NCBI RefSeq assembly: GCF_032444005.1
Contig: NC_091283.1
Span: forward strand, 304,916,001 to 304,980,000
Direction of reading: 5' to 3'
Origin: Ranitomeya imitator
Taxonomy: Eukaryota
Length of the DNA: 64,000 nucleotides
Shown one piece after another: positions 1-12,060 of the stretch. The position numbers and the translations under genes are program-made. How positions within the stretch are numbered: position 1 is the stretch's first letter; each line of letters starts with the position of its first letter. The notes beneath the pieces are model-generated. The model was not told the origin of the DNA. It was given only the letters and a program-made list of their open reading frames with translations, and did not search any database.

Positions 1-88
1 TTACACCGTATCTCTATCACTCCCCTAGAGGACGTCTCCTCAAGGTTCAATCACACACTCACTCTTCAGTCATACGCTAGACAGTTAA

Positions 89-417
89 GGCTACGTTCAC
101 ACTAGCGTTGTGCGCCGCTGCGTCGGCGACGCGACGCATAACGCAACGAAAAACGTGTGCACACGCACGCAAAAACGCTGCGTTTTTCGACGCGTGCGTC
201 GTTTTTTTACGAAAATCGGACGCAAGAAAAATGCAACTTGTTGCGTTTTCTTGGTCCGACGCTAGCGTCAAAAAAGATGCACGTGTCGGAAAACGCAACA
301 AGCAAAAACGCATGCGTCCCCCATGTTAAACATAGGGGCGCATGACGCGTGCGTCGCCGCTGCGTCACCCGACGCTAGCGCGACGCACACTAGCCGAACG
401 CTAGTGTGAACGTAGCC
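89..417. mobile_element. PIF/Harbinger-type MITE
   Basis: TIR ggctacgttcacactagcgtt (89-109) / aacgctagtgtgaacgtagcc (397-417); taa on both flanks (86-88, 418-420), the 3-bp TWA TSD typical of PIF/Harbinger; non-coding, internally palindromic. Confidence 0.85.
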
Positions 418-2374
418 TAACAGAACATATAACAGAGATAGCAGCACATAAAACTGACCAATCCAACCTGCCTTTTAGATATCACTAGGATAGTCTATGG
501 TTGTTTGCCAAACAATATGAGCTGGTCATGTAAGAAGACTCGACTATAGCATACCCAGAATCCGGTCTGCAGACTGTGAGACAGATGGAGACACAGAGAT
601 ATTATAAGAAACGAAGGTTCTTACCTTCACTGGTGATGTAATCTGTCTTTCTCTCTGCACCTCAGGTCTGTCAGCTGCCGGGTTCCAGATATTGGGGAGT
701 CTTGTTTCGACCAGCCCGCCTAGGACCCCAAAATGTTAGGTTGGTCTGCAAGTCAGAACATCAGGGATATTGGATGGTTGCCTGATCATGAGATTGTTTA
801 ACGAGTGATGGACAGAGACAGAGCCATACACTTTAACCCCTTTCTGACATTAGACGTACTATCCCGTCGAGGTGGGGTGGGCCCCTATGACCACCGATGG
901 GATAGTACGTCATACGCGATCGGCCGCGCTCACGGGTGGAGCGCGCCCGATTGCGGCCGGGTGTCAGCTGCCTATCGCAGCTGACATCCGGCACTATATG
1001 CCAGGAGCAGTCACGGACCGCCCCCGTCACATTAACCCCCGGCACACCGCGATCAAACATGATCGCGATGTGCCGGCGGTACAGGGAAGCATCGTGCAGG
1101 GAGGGGGCTCCCTGTGGGCTTCCCTGAGCCCCCCGCAGCAACGCGATGTGATCGCGTTGCTGCGAGGGTCTTACCTCCCTCCCTGCCTGCTCCAGGCCCG
1201 GATCCAAGATGGCCACGGATCCGGGTCCTGCAGGGAGGGAGGTGGCTTCACAGCGCCTGCTCAGAGCAGGCACTGTGAAGCCTGCAGCACTGTAAGTCAG
1301 ATCAGTGATCTGACAGAGTGCTATGCAAACTGTCAGATCATTGATCTGTGATGTCCCCCCCTGGGGCAAAGTAAAAAAAAAATTTCCAAATGTGTAAAAA
1401 AAAAAAAAAAAAAAATATTCCTACATAATGAAAAAAAAATATTATTCCTAAAAATACATTTCTTTATCTAAATAAATAAAAAAAAACAATAAAAGTACAC
1501 ATATGTAGTATTGCCGCGTCCGTAACGGCCCGACCTATAAAACTGGCCCACTAGTTAACCCCTTCAGTAAACACCGTAAGGAAAAAAAAAGAGGCAAAAA
1601 ACAACGCTTTATTATCATACCGCCGAACAAAAAGTGGAATAACACGCGATCAAAAAGACAGATGTAAATAGCCATGGTACCGCTGAAAATGTCATCTTGT
1701 CCCGCAAAAAACGAGCCGTGATACAGCATCATCAGCAAAAAAATTAAAAAGTTATAGTCCTGAGAAGAAAGCAATGCAAAAATAATTATTTTTTCTATAA
1801 AATAGTTTTTATCGTGTAAAAGCGCCAAAACATGAGTGTGCTGGAGCCCTGGATTTGATTTCCTGCAGCAGCCGGAGAATCAGGTGTGCTTGGCAGGAGC
1901 GGGGGGGGGGGGGGGGGGGGTCAGCTTCTGTAAACTGCAGAGGGTAAACATCTCCTCCTTCCCCCTGCTATTGTTTGCTTATGTGATACGATCTGATACT
2001 TCTGGCTGGGCATACAGATTTAGTGAGCTTGCAGATTACAGCTCTCTGCTGCCACCCTGTGTCCTGTTTATGTATTGTGCTAAATGCACATAAGAAAATA
2101 CTGTTGAGGGTACAGTGCCCGGAGTGGTGGGACACGACGAGCTCCCCCCTCTGGCTCTCTCTGAAAACATCTATCACGCCAGGCACCCCAAGAAGGGGAT
2201 AATGAATATAAAATTTGGCACCCAAGAGGCGCATGCGCGAAGCTCGATAACGGCGGTTTGGCGGCACTGAGCTCCGCTCCCCCTTGAGCCCATAACCACC
2301 CATATTAGCACGCCGACAGCCATAAAAAGGGCACCGGAGGCCTTCTCACCTGTTCTGGGCACCGGTGCACCACC

Positions 2375-3355
2375 ATGCCGAAGAAAGGAGCCCCCACTCA
2401 GCCGGTTAGCCGCTCGATAGCAGATCTTCTGACCGATCCTAGCAGCTTCAAAATGGCCACCGCGGTCCCGGCTTCGGATGATACTAATCCCCTCATCATG
2501 CAGCAGGACGCTGCGGGAGACGGCGAGGAGAGGCTGGCTCGGGAGGACGCTGTAGTGCCCACAGCAGCACTTATTAAAACCCTCCAGGAGACATTTAGGC
2601 AGGAACTAGCCATAGCCATGAAATCAGTCACAGCACAAATGCAGGAGATACTGCAGCGTACCTCCTCATTAGAGGATAAAATGGACACGGTGGCAGACGC
2701 GCTTGAGGAAGACCAGGAGCAAATAAAACAGCAAATGGAGCGCATACATGAGCTGGAAATTAAATGTGAGGACTATGAAAATCGATCACGGAGAAGTAAC
2801 CTCCGTATAAGGGGTCTCCCTGAATCAGTAGTGACACTGAAAGAGACTGCATCTGCCCGATTCACTGCCCTTCTTCCACAGGCAGACCAGGCCACGCTAC
2901 ACATCACTAGGATACACAGAGCGCTGGGCAAACCGAGGTCTGATAATGTCCCAAGGGATGTAATCCTGAAGTTACACTACGAAGAGACCAGAGACCTCAT
3001 TTTAACAGCAGCACGGGACCTCCCAAATCTTCCGGGTGTTCCATGCTCAGTCCGCCTATATGCTGACATTGCTCCCGCCACCCTGAACAGGCGCAGGGAG
3101 TTTAGACCACTCACTGCAGCATTGCAAGCTGCTAAAATAAAGTATAGATGGGGCTTCCCATTCGCTCTGTCTTTCTCCCATGACAACAAGCACTTCACAT
3201 GTCGGTCTCTTGCGGAGGGAAAACGCATGATCGAACAGATGGGCATCAGGATTCCAGATGATCTACAACCACTGCCTCAGAGGAAACCCAGACCAACTAG
3301 GGAGTGGAAAGAGGTCCCAAGAGTGACAAGAAGCCAGCGTGTGAACATCACTTGA
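2375..3355 (+). CDS. L1 ORF1p (coiled coil + RRM + CTD), 326 aa, intact
   Basis: Heptad-rich region followed by EDYENRSRRSNLRIRGLPE, IHRALG..PRDVILKLH and KYRWGFPF, characteristic of vertebrate L1 ORF1. Confidence 0.92.
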   Translation: MPKKGAPTQPVSRSIADLLTDPSSFKMATAVPASDDTNPLIMQQDAAGDGEERLAREDAVVPTAALIKTLQETFRQELAIAMKSVTAQMQEILQRTSSLEDKMDTVADALEEDQEQIKQQMERIHELEIKCEDYENRSRRSNLRIRGLPESVVTLKETASARFTALLPQADQATLHITRIHRALGKPRSDNVPRDVILKLHYEETRDLILTAARDLPNLPGVPCSVRLYADIAPATLNRRREFRPLTAALQAAKIKYRWGFPFALSFSHDNKHFTCRSLAEGKRMIEQMGIRIPDDLQPLPQRKPRPTREWKEVPRVTRSQRVNIT

Positions 3356-4072
3356 AAGATCATTAACAGTGTGGCGGCCTAATTTAACATTATCTAACTT
3401 TGCTTCTATTTACGCTCAACACCTATGAGAGTGGATTATCACCCATGAAAGGGTGGTCTTGGTTGCCTGGATGGAGTTGGAGGATTTCACTTTCTCCCAA
3501 AGGAATTTATTCACATCCCCTCCTCCCCCCCCTCCCCTCTTTTCCCCTTCCCCTCCCCTCTTTTCCCCTCTCCCTATCCTCTCCCCCCCCCCTTTTTTTT
3601 TTTTTTTCTTCTTTTAGATTTATTATTTTCACCTGTCCACAATACAATCTGATATGGGAAGTCGACGTAAATCTTTTCACGAGGCCCAATAATTTTTCGA
3701 AGTTATATTAATACCTTAATATGGGATCTCGTGACCTGCAGCAATATGAAGGGGTTGGGCTTGTTGGGGGGGGTTTTTACATGTTGCCCAATTTTGGTGA
3801 AGTCTGGTTTTTCCCACATAATATGGGTCACCAGTTCGCCAAGTTGTGTGGGCTTCCAGCCCACTTGCATATATCTCTATGTTTTGTGTTGTCCTGTCTC
3901 GTCTTCTTTCCCTCCCCCTCTCTTGTATTTACGTTGTATAGGATCGTAGATCTCTGCTCTGGATGCTTTACCTCTTTACATGGACTCCACGTGGATCGAT
4001 ATCGGAAGATGTGTGGGGTCGGGGGAAAATTTAGGGGTAAGCTATCATATGCAACACTAACCCAATCCATTT

Positions 4073-7000
4073 ATGTGTAGGGTCCTATCCCACAATGTGA
4101 GGGGGTTTAATTCCCCCATCAAGCGTAAAAAAGCCTTCCTGGACTATAAAAAACAAAATCCTGATATTCTTTGTCTTCAGGAAACGCATTTCTCCACCTC
4201 ATCATGTCCAAGGTACTTTGACCAAAACTATTCCCGTGGATTTACATCATCAGGCCCAAACAAGACAAAAGGAGTAGCAATACTCCTCAAAAACAATTTT
4301 CCAATACAGATTACGAGTTCTCTTTCAGATGATGAGGGTAGGTTCTTAATTCTATTAGGCACATTACAAGGGCAAAAACTCTGTATAATAAATAGCTATT
4401 TCCCGGCCTCCACTCAGGTTCTAGTTTTTAAATACATTTTAAACAAGCTAGATACCTACTCATTCCAGCACCTGATCTGGTGCGGGGATTTCAATTTCAC
4501 GATAAATCCAACATAGATAGCAACGCCATAAGACGCACTGACATCACTAAAAATGAGAGGAAAAGAGTTCTCCGATTACTGAAGGACCATCACCTAGCAG
4601 ACTTATGGAGAGAGATGAATGGCAATAATAGAGGTTATACGTACTACTCCCCCGCTCACAAAACATACTCTAGGATAGATCTTCAGCTGAAAAAAACCTC
4701 CTCACTTCCCACAGTCCTATACTCACGCCATGTACATTCTGCATGGTATGATCATGATGCCGTTCTCTCGGTATTCAAATTCAACGTGTCCACCTCTAGC
4801 TTATACAGATGGAGACTTAATGAATCACTACTTACTGACCCTGTAATCACAAATACAATTAAGGATGAATTAACCGAATACTTTAAATTTAATAGCTCAG
4901 GAGACGTATCCCCTGGAATTGTCTGGATGGCACACAAGAAATACATAACGGGCTCGCTGATTAAGTTGGCAGCCCAAAAGAAAAAAGCAAGAACAGAACT
5001 TCAGACTAGATTAGAAAACAAATTAGCAAAATTAGAGCAGGCCAATCAGATGTCTACTTCCCTCTACCTCTCTAAACAAATTCAGGAAACTAAAATTCAA
5101 TTAGATGCCGTCCTCACCAATAGGACTGAGAAGGCATTAACTTGGACACAAGCCAAATTTTATAAATTCGCTAATAAGCCGAGTAAACTGTTAGCCCGCA
5201 AGTTACGTTCTAGGGAAATGATCAACACGATTTTCTCGATAAAAGATAGCTCGGGAAGGATTTCGTCCCATCCAGACAAAATATATAGGACATTCCATGA
5301 ATATTACCAAAACCTATACGCCCAGCCCAGACCCCTATCGCCTCACCCGATACAACAATTTTTACAAAACCTTCACCTGCCTAAAATTACAGACGCACTA
5401 GCTAAACAACTCCACTCCGAAATATCTATTGAGGAGATTCAATCAGTCATTAAAACGCTGAAAAAGGGGAAGGCCCCTGGCCCTGATGGGCTCACGGCCA
5501 TATATTACCAAAAATTTGCAGAAATTCTCTCACCCCATATCAAAAAATTTGGAGATGCTCTCCTTCACGGCTCAAAAATGCTGCCGGAGTTCCTAGTTTC
5601 TCATGTTACGGTTCTACCCAAGCCAAAAAAAGACCATTTATTGACCAAAAACTTTAGGCCTATTTCATTATTAAACTTGGATTTAAAAATATTCACTGCA
5701 ATTATTACAAGTAGAATAAATCACATACTGCCCGCTCTAATTCACAGAGATCAGGTAGGGTTCATACCGTCTAGGCAGGCCCCGGATAATATAAGACGTA
5801 ATATTAACCTTATTCACACGGCAAATTCTCGCAAGGAACAACTTTTAATATTAGCCTTGGATATTGAGAAGGCATTCGACTCGCTCTCCTGGAATTACCT
5901 CTTCCATGTCCTTTCTAAATTTGGTTTCACTCGGGAGTTCGTAGAATGTATTAAATTACTTTATGATTACCCCACAGCATATTTAAAACTCCCAACATTA
6001 AAGCCTTCACCCATATCTATCCAACGTGGTACCAGACAGGGATGCCCTCTCTCCCCGGCGCTATTTGCTCTAGCCATGGAGCCTTTGGCAGAAGCCATTA
6101 GAACAAATCAGAACATCACTGGGTTGTCTAATCTAGGCGAACAATATAAAGTAAGCTTGTTCGCAGATGACCTCCTGTTGGCTATTACCAACCCTCATAT
6201 AACGATCCCCAATCTCCTTTCTCTACTCCATACATTTGAAGACATCTCAGGACTTAAAATTAATATAGATAAATCGGAAGCTCTTTTTCTCAATACTAGT
6301 AAAGCTGTACAGGATACTATCACTTCCCAATTTAAATTTACAAAGAGGGACAACTACCTAACCTACTTGGGAATAAATATTACAACCAATAGGGCGACCC
6401 TTTACAAGTGGAACTACACGCCACTTATACAGAATCTCCACACTGACTTGTCCAGATGGGCATCACTGAACCTATCTTGGCTGGGTAGAATCCATACTGT
6501 AAAAATGGTGACTCTTCCTCGGTTTTTGTACCTTTTTAGATCCCTCCCAATACCGATCTCAGCTAAAACTTTTGCAGGCCTCCACGCTACGATCTCTAAA
6601 TTCGTATGGCAGAACAAAAGGGCCAGAATCCCCCAAAAATTAATGTTCTTCCACAGAAGACATGGTGGAGTTTCGCTCCCAAATCTATCCCTTTACTACA
6701 AAGCAGCACAAATAGCACAACTAACGAATATCTGCGCCCAAAATAACAAACCAAGGTGGGTTCACTTGGAGTCACATCTTATTAAGCCGCTTTCATTACC
6801 AGGCCTAATGTGGTCTACGGGAAAAATCCCCAAAGAACTTTTTATAACAGCTCCTTATACAGCCCACTCTTTCAGTTTATGGAGAAGAGTTAGATTCAAA
6901 CACTCGTTGCAATCTGATCCCTCACCTTTGACCTCTATATTAGGTAACCCGATGTTTACACCTGGTCTCGATCCACATTTATATACATGGTGGATATTGA

Positions 7001-7866
7001 GGGGGATTACCACAATTAAGCACCTATGCAACCCTTTCAATGTCCTGATGGATAGAACAGAGTTCATAAGGAAGTTTGAACCCCCGATTAGAGAAACAAT
7101 GCACATCAATCAGGTCTTACATTTTGCAGGTGGTCTAACCCAAGGTAAACGTCCCGTTCCCGTCTCCGGGTATGAACAAAAGTGCCTTTCCGATCCAATG
7201 GGAAGAGGGACGATATCTTTGCTTTACTCAATTATAAACCCACCCTATGATCAGGAGAAATTGGGATTCATGAGACGGTGGGAGGAGGAGTTGGGTGTCG
7301 AGCTGCCGGTGGAGGCTTGGAGGAGGTGCTGTGACACGCTATCTAAGGGCAGCCACCAATCATCATTAGTAGAAACCTCGATCAAGGTCCTTCATAGGAC
7401 ATATCTTGTGCCCACTAAACTCCATAGCATATTCCCGAATGTCTCAGAATTATGCTTTCGGGGATGTAACTTACCTGGGGATATGAAACATATATGGTGG
7501 ACGTGCCCAGTGGTGTCCAACTTATGGCAACAGATAAATCTGCTAGTAGACCAATTGGCTGGGAGAAAAACCAATTTGGATGCCTCTGTTTTTCTGCTTG
7601 GGACGAGACACCCGACTCTTCCTAAAAACCTATTTAAGTTGGTTACCTTTCTTTTTATGGCTACTAAAATACACATTGCTTCGAAATGGAGGTCTCCCAC
7701 ATTGTCGCTACGAATGGTCAAGGAAAGGATGACTAACATCATGTTTTATGAACGCATTGAGGCTACTAGAAATGATATGTGGGATCAGTTTTTTAAGATA
7801 TGGAGCCCATGGATGGACTTGCAGCCTAATTTACTCCTGAGTCGGACTCTACGTCTGTCCCCATAG
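4073..7866 (+). pseudogene. L1 ORF2p (APE endonuclease, reverse transcriptase, CCHC knuckle) with one frameshift near 4510
   Basis: EN motifs SHNVRG, LQETH, GDFN in 4073-4516 and SRID, DHDAV in 4480-7866; RT motifs KAPGPDG, QGCPLSP, FADD; C-terminal CFRGC...HIWWTC. Adding one A in ccaac at about 4510 would join the two frames. Confidence 0.92.
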
Positions 7867-8565
7867 TGATTCGATCTGTGGGGACAAAGTTTGTTACAAA
7901 TTAAAATCTAAATGCAGACCCCCTTACCCTCCATGTTTATTCCTTGTGTTGTCTTTGTAGTGTCCCCCCTTACATGCATGATAGGTATGTGTTCTTTTAT
8001 TTCTCGTTAATAGACTCCCCTGCGAGGGAGCATACTCACATTTAAACTACGTTTTATAATTGTTGAATGTTGAAATTTCAATAAAACTTTTTGAAACTAA
8101 AAGCACCAAAACATAAAAAAAATATAAATGAGGTGTCGCTGTAATTGCACTGACCCGAAGAATAAAACTGCTTTATCAATTTTACCAAACTCGGAATGGT
8201 ATAAACGCCTCCCCCAAAAGAAATTCATGAATAGCTGGTTTTTGGTCATTCTGCCTCACAAAAATCGGAATAAAAAGCGATCAAAAATGTCACGTGCCCG
8301 AAAATGTTACCAATAAAAACATCAACTTGTCCCGCAAAAAACAAGACCTCACATGATTCTGTGGACCAAAATATGGAAAAATTATAGCTCTCAAAATGTG
8401 GTAACGCAAAAAATATTTTTTGCAACTAAAAGCGTCTTTCAGTGTGTGACGGCTGCCAATCATAAAAATCCGCTAAAAAACCCGCTATAAAAGTAAAACA
8501 AACCCCCCTTCATCACCCCTTTAGTTAGGAAAAATTAAAAAAATGTATTTATTTCCATTTTCCCA

Positions 8566-8635
8566 TTAGGGCTAGGGTTAGGGCTAGGGTTAGGGCTATC
8601 TGCAAAGAGTTTGTATGTTCTCTCCGTGTTTGCGT

Positions 8636-8666
<31 letters not shown>

Positions 8667-8949
8667 ACATTCCAAAGACATACTGATAGGGATTCTAGAT
8701 TGTGAGCCCCATCGGGGACAGTGATGATAATGTGTGCAAAACTGTAAAGCGCTGCGGAATATGTTAGCGCTATATAAAAATAAAGATTATTAAAGATTAT
8801 TATTAGGGTTAGGGCTAGGGTTAGGGTTGGGGCTAGGGTTAAGGCTACAGTTAGGGTTGGGGCTAAAGTTAGGGTTAGGGTTGGGGCTAAAGTTAGGGTT
8901 TAGATTACATTTACAGTTGGGAATAGGGTTGGGATTAGGGTTAGGAGTG
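8566..8949 (+). repeat. Degenerate telomere-like (TTAGGG/CTAGGG/TTGGGG) tract inside the piggyBac-like element, interrupted by a SINE; weaker variants continue 9704-9775
   Basis: ttagggctagggttagggctagggttagggcta (8566-8598) and ttagggttagggctagggttagggttgggg... (8803-8945). Confidence 0.85.
8599..8802 (+). mobile_element. 5'-truncated V-SINE-like element with L2-type 3' tail
   Basis: Core tgtatgttctctccgtgtttgcgtgggtttcctccgggcactccggtttcctcccacattccaaagacat resembles the conserved domain of DANA/HE1-type SINEs (recalled); 3' end gtaaagcgctgcggaatatgttagcgctatataaaaataaa plus (att)-type repeats resembles L2 tails. Confidence 0.7.
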
Positions 8950-9697
8950 TGTTATGAACTGGTGGTTTAGGAGCAACATGGGACGAGCTCTGAAGGAGGT
9001 GGTACCTGTACTGGCCGCAGTCCCTAAGCTCAACACAACACTAGAAGTAGCCGTGGGATGCTCCTGTCACTCCCTAGGCACCTCGTCACAGCCTGAATTA
9101 ACTACCCCTAAAGATAGAAACAGGAAAACTATCTTGCCTCAGAGAAAATCCCCAAAGCATAGATAGCCCCCCACAAGTAATGACTGTGAGTGGAGAGGGA
9201 AAAGACATACACAGAATGAAACCAGGATGTAGCACAGGAGGCCAGTCTAGCTAGATAGATAGGACAGGATAGAATACTGTGCGGTCAGTATTAAAAACTA
9301 CAAAAATCCACACAGAGTTTACAAAAATCTCCACACCTGACTAAAGGTGTGGAGGGTAAATCTGCTTCCCAGAGCTTCCATCTTAACTGAATTAATCCAT
9401 ACTGACAGGCTGGACAAAACATAGAATGCACAGAGCGAATAAGTCCACAACATGTGGACAGAAAAGAGCAAAGCAAGGACTTATCTTTGCTGAACTGGTC
9501 AGGATATCAGGGAAATCCAAGAGAGATGTGAATCCAACCAGGAACCATTGACAAGTGGCACTGGCTGAAGGAAAGAGCCAGGCATAAATAGCCGAGCAGA
9601 AAGACAATCAGTGGAAGCAGCTGCAGACCGCTAAATCCAAGGAGCAGCCATTCCACTTAAAACCACCCGAGGGAGCCCAAGAGCAGAACTCACAACA
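8950..9697 (-). mobile_element. Solo LTR (Gypsy-type), 748 bp
   Basis: tgttatga...cacaaca termini; flanked by ggagtg at 8944-8949 and 9698-9703; homologous to 60617-61418 and shares ends and motifs with the LTRs of 27865-33683 (orientation inferred from that element). Confidence 0.88.
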
Positions 9698-9784
9698 GGA
9701 GTGTGTCAGGGTTAGAGGTGTGGTTAGGGTTACTGTTGGGATTAGTGTTAGGGGTGTGTTTGGATTAGGGTTTCAGTTATAATT

Positions 9785-10940
9785 GGGGGGGTTTCCACTG
9801 TTTAGGCACTTCAGGGGCTCTCCAAACCCGACATGGCGTCCGATCTCAATTCCAGCCAATTCTGCGTTGAAAAAGTAAAACAGTGCTTCTTCCCTTCCGA
9901 GCTCTCCTGTGTGCCCAAACAGTGGTTTACCCCAACATATGCAGTATCAGCGTACTCAGGACAAATAGGACAACAACTTTTGGGGTCCAATTGCTCCTGT
10001 TGCCCTTGGGAAAATACAAAACTGTGGGCTAAAAAATAATTTTTGGGGGAAAGTTTTTTTTTTTTTTTATTTTCACGGCTCTGCGTTACAAACTGTAGTG
10101 AAACACTTGGGGGTTCAAAGCTCTCACAACACATCTAGATGAGTTCGTTAGGGGGTCTAGTTTCCAAAATGGTGTCACTTGTGGGGGTTTCTACTGTTTA
10201 GGTACATTATGGGCTCTGCAAATGCAATGTGACACCTGCAGACCATTCCATCTAAGTCTGCATTCCAAATGGCGCTCCTTCCCTTCCGAGCCCTCCCATG
10301 CGCCCAAACAGTGGTTCCCCCACATATGGTGTATCATCGCACTCAGGACAAATTGGGCAACAAATTTTGAGGTCCAATTTATCCTGTTACCCTCGGGAAA
10401 ATACAAAACTGGGGGCTAAAAAAATAATTTTTGTGGGAAAAAATGTTTGTTTTATTTTTACGGCTCTGCATTATAAACTTCTGTGAAGCACTTGGTGGGT
10501 CAAAGTGCTCACCACACCTCTAGATAAGTTCCTTAGGGGGTCTACTTTCCAAAATGGTGTCACTTGTGGGGGCTTTCAATGTTTAGGCACATCAGTGGCT
10601 CTCCAAACGCAACATGGCGTCCCATCTCAATTCCTGTCAATTTTGCATTGAAAAGTCAAACGGCGCTCCTTCCCTTCTGAGCTCTCCCATGCGCCCAAAC
10701 AGTGGTTTACCCCCACATATGGGGTATCAGCGTACTCAAGACAAATTGTACAACAACTTTTGGGGTCCATTTTCTCCTGTTACCCTTAGTAAAATAACAC
10801 AAATTGGAACTGAAGTAAATTTTTTGTGAAAAAAGTTAAATGTTTATTTTTATTTAAACATTCCAAAAATTCCTGTGAAGCACCAGAAGGGTTAATAAAG
10901 TTCTTGAATATGGTTTTGAGCACCTTGAGGGGTGCAGTTT
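9785..10940. repeat. About three diverged tandem units of roughly 390 bp inside the piggyBac-like element
   Basis: Recurrent blocks gggggtttc.actgtttagg.ac (about 9787, 10184, 10569), cccaaacagtggtt..cccacatatg and aaatggtgtcacttgtgggg. Confidence 0.75.
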
Positions 10941-11759
10941 TTAGAGTGGTGTCACACTTGGGTATTTTCTATCATATAGACCCCTCAAAATGACTTCAAA
11001 TGAGATGTGGTCCCTAAAAAAAAAAAATGGTGTTGTAAAAATGAGAAATTGCTGGTCAACTTTTAACCCTTATAACTCCCTAACAAAAAAAAATTTTGGT
11101 TCCAAAATTGTGCTGATGTAAAGTAGACTTGTGGGAAATGTTACTTATTAAGTATTTTGTGTGCCATATCTCTGTGATTTAATTGCATAAAAATTCAAAG
11201 TTGGAAAATTGCGAAATTTTCATAATTTTCGCCAAATTTCCATTTTTTTCACAAATAAATGCAGGTACTATCAAATAATTTTTACCATTATCATGAAGTA
11301 CAGTATGTCACGAGAAAACAATGTCAGAATCACTGGGATCCGTTGAAGCGTTCCAGAGTTATAACCTCATAAAGGGACAGTGGTCAGAATTGTAAAAATT
11401 GGCCCTGTCATTAACGTGCAAACCACCCTTGGGGGTAAAGGGGTTAATCAATTATACCTTGCCTTATATACTCTTTTGAGTGGGCATATACATTCTAATC
11501 ATGTGCAAATCAGCTGTTTATTACAAATGAGATCATCATTAATAGTGTTGAGCAATACCTTCCGATATCCAGAAGTATCGGTATCGGATTGGATCGGCCG
11601 ATATCCAAAAAATATCGGATATCGCTGATACCGATACCCGATACCAATGCAAGTCAATGGGACACAAATATCGGAATAAGCCTTTTCTGTCCTTCTACAT
11701 CCTGTTCCGGAGGGGGGAAGATTGTGGGCGATGAATGGGCGGAAACTGTGCGTGTCTGT

Positions 11760-12060
11760 GTGTGCGGGCAGGGTCTGTGCTGGCCTGCCGGGGATCTGTA
11801 CAGGCCTCTCGGGGGTCTGTGCGTGCCTGCCGGGGGTCTGTGCGTGCCTGCTGGGGCTCTGTGCGGACCTGCCGGGGGGTCTGTACGGGCCTGCCGGGGC
11901 TCTGTGCGGCGTGCCGGGGCTCTGTGCGGCGTGCTGGGGCTCTGTGCGGCGTGCCGGGGCTCTGTGCGGCGTGCCGGTGCTCTGTGCGGCATGCCGGAGC
12001 TCTGTGTGGGCCTGCCGGGGCTCTGTGCGGGCTGCCTGGGGTCTGTCCGTGTGTGCAGGC
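11760..12060 (+). repeat. GC-rich 20-bp minisatellite, left hAT arm
   Basis: Unit like gggctctgtgcggcgtgccg repeated; source of the spurious overlapping ORFs at 11499-12165. Confidence 0.85.

Larger units (their letters stand above)
1834..8097 (+). mobile_element. Full-length L1-clade LINE
   Basis: ORF1 plus ORF2 (EN, RT, CCHC); 17-bp TSD taaaagcgccaaaacat (1817-1833) / taaaagcaccaaaacat (8098-8114), one mismatch; AATAAA at 8080-8085; no long poly(A). Confidence 0.92.
837..11443. mobile_element. Non-autonomous piggyBac-like DNA transposon (about 3.4 kb native) hosting L1, SINE and solo-LTR insertions
   Basis: TTAA at 833-836 followed by cccctt; aagggg followed by TTAA at 11444-11447. Sequence resumes across the L1 TSD and across the solo-LTR TSD. 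No transposase ORF. Confidence 0.7.

Noticed and set aside
421-830. Possible exon (acceptor at about 665) of a neighbouring gene
   Set aside because: No recognisable reading frame or matching donor.
833-1369. 178-aa and 159-aa opposing ORFs
   Set aside because: GC-rich subterminal region of a non-autonomous transposon; no transposase motifs.
8566-8949. True chromosome end or fusion site
   Set aside because: Tract is short, degenerate, single-orientation and internal to a transposon; no head-to-head junction.
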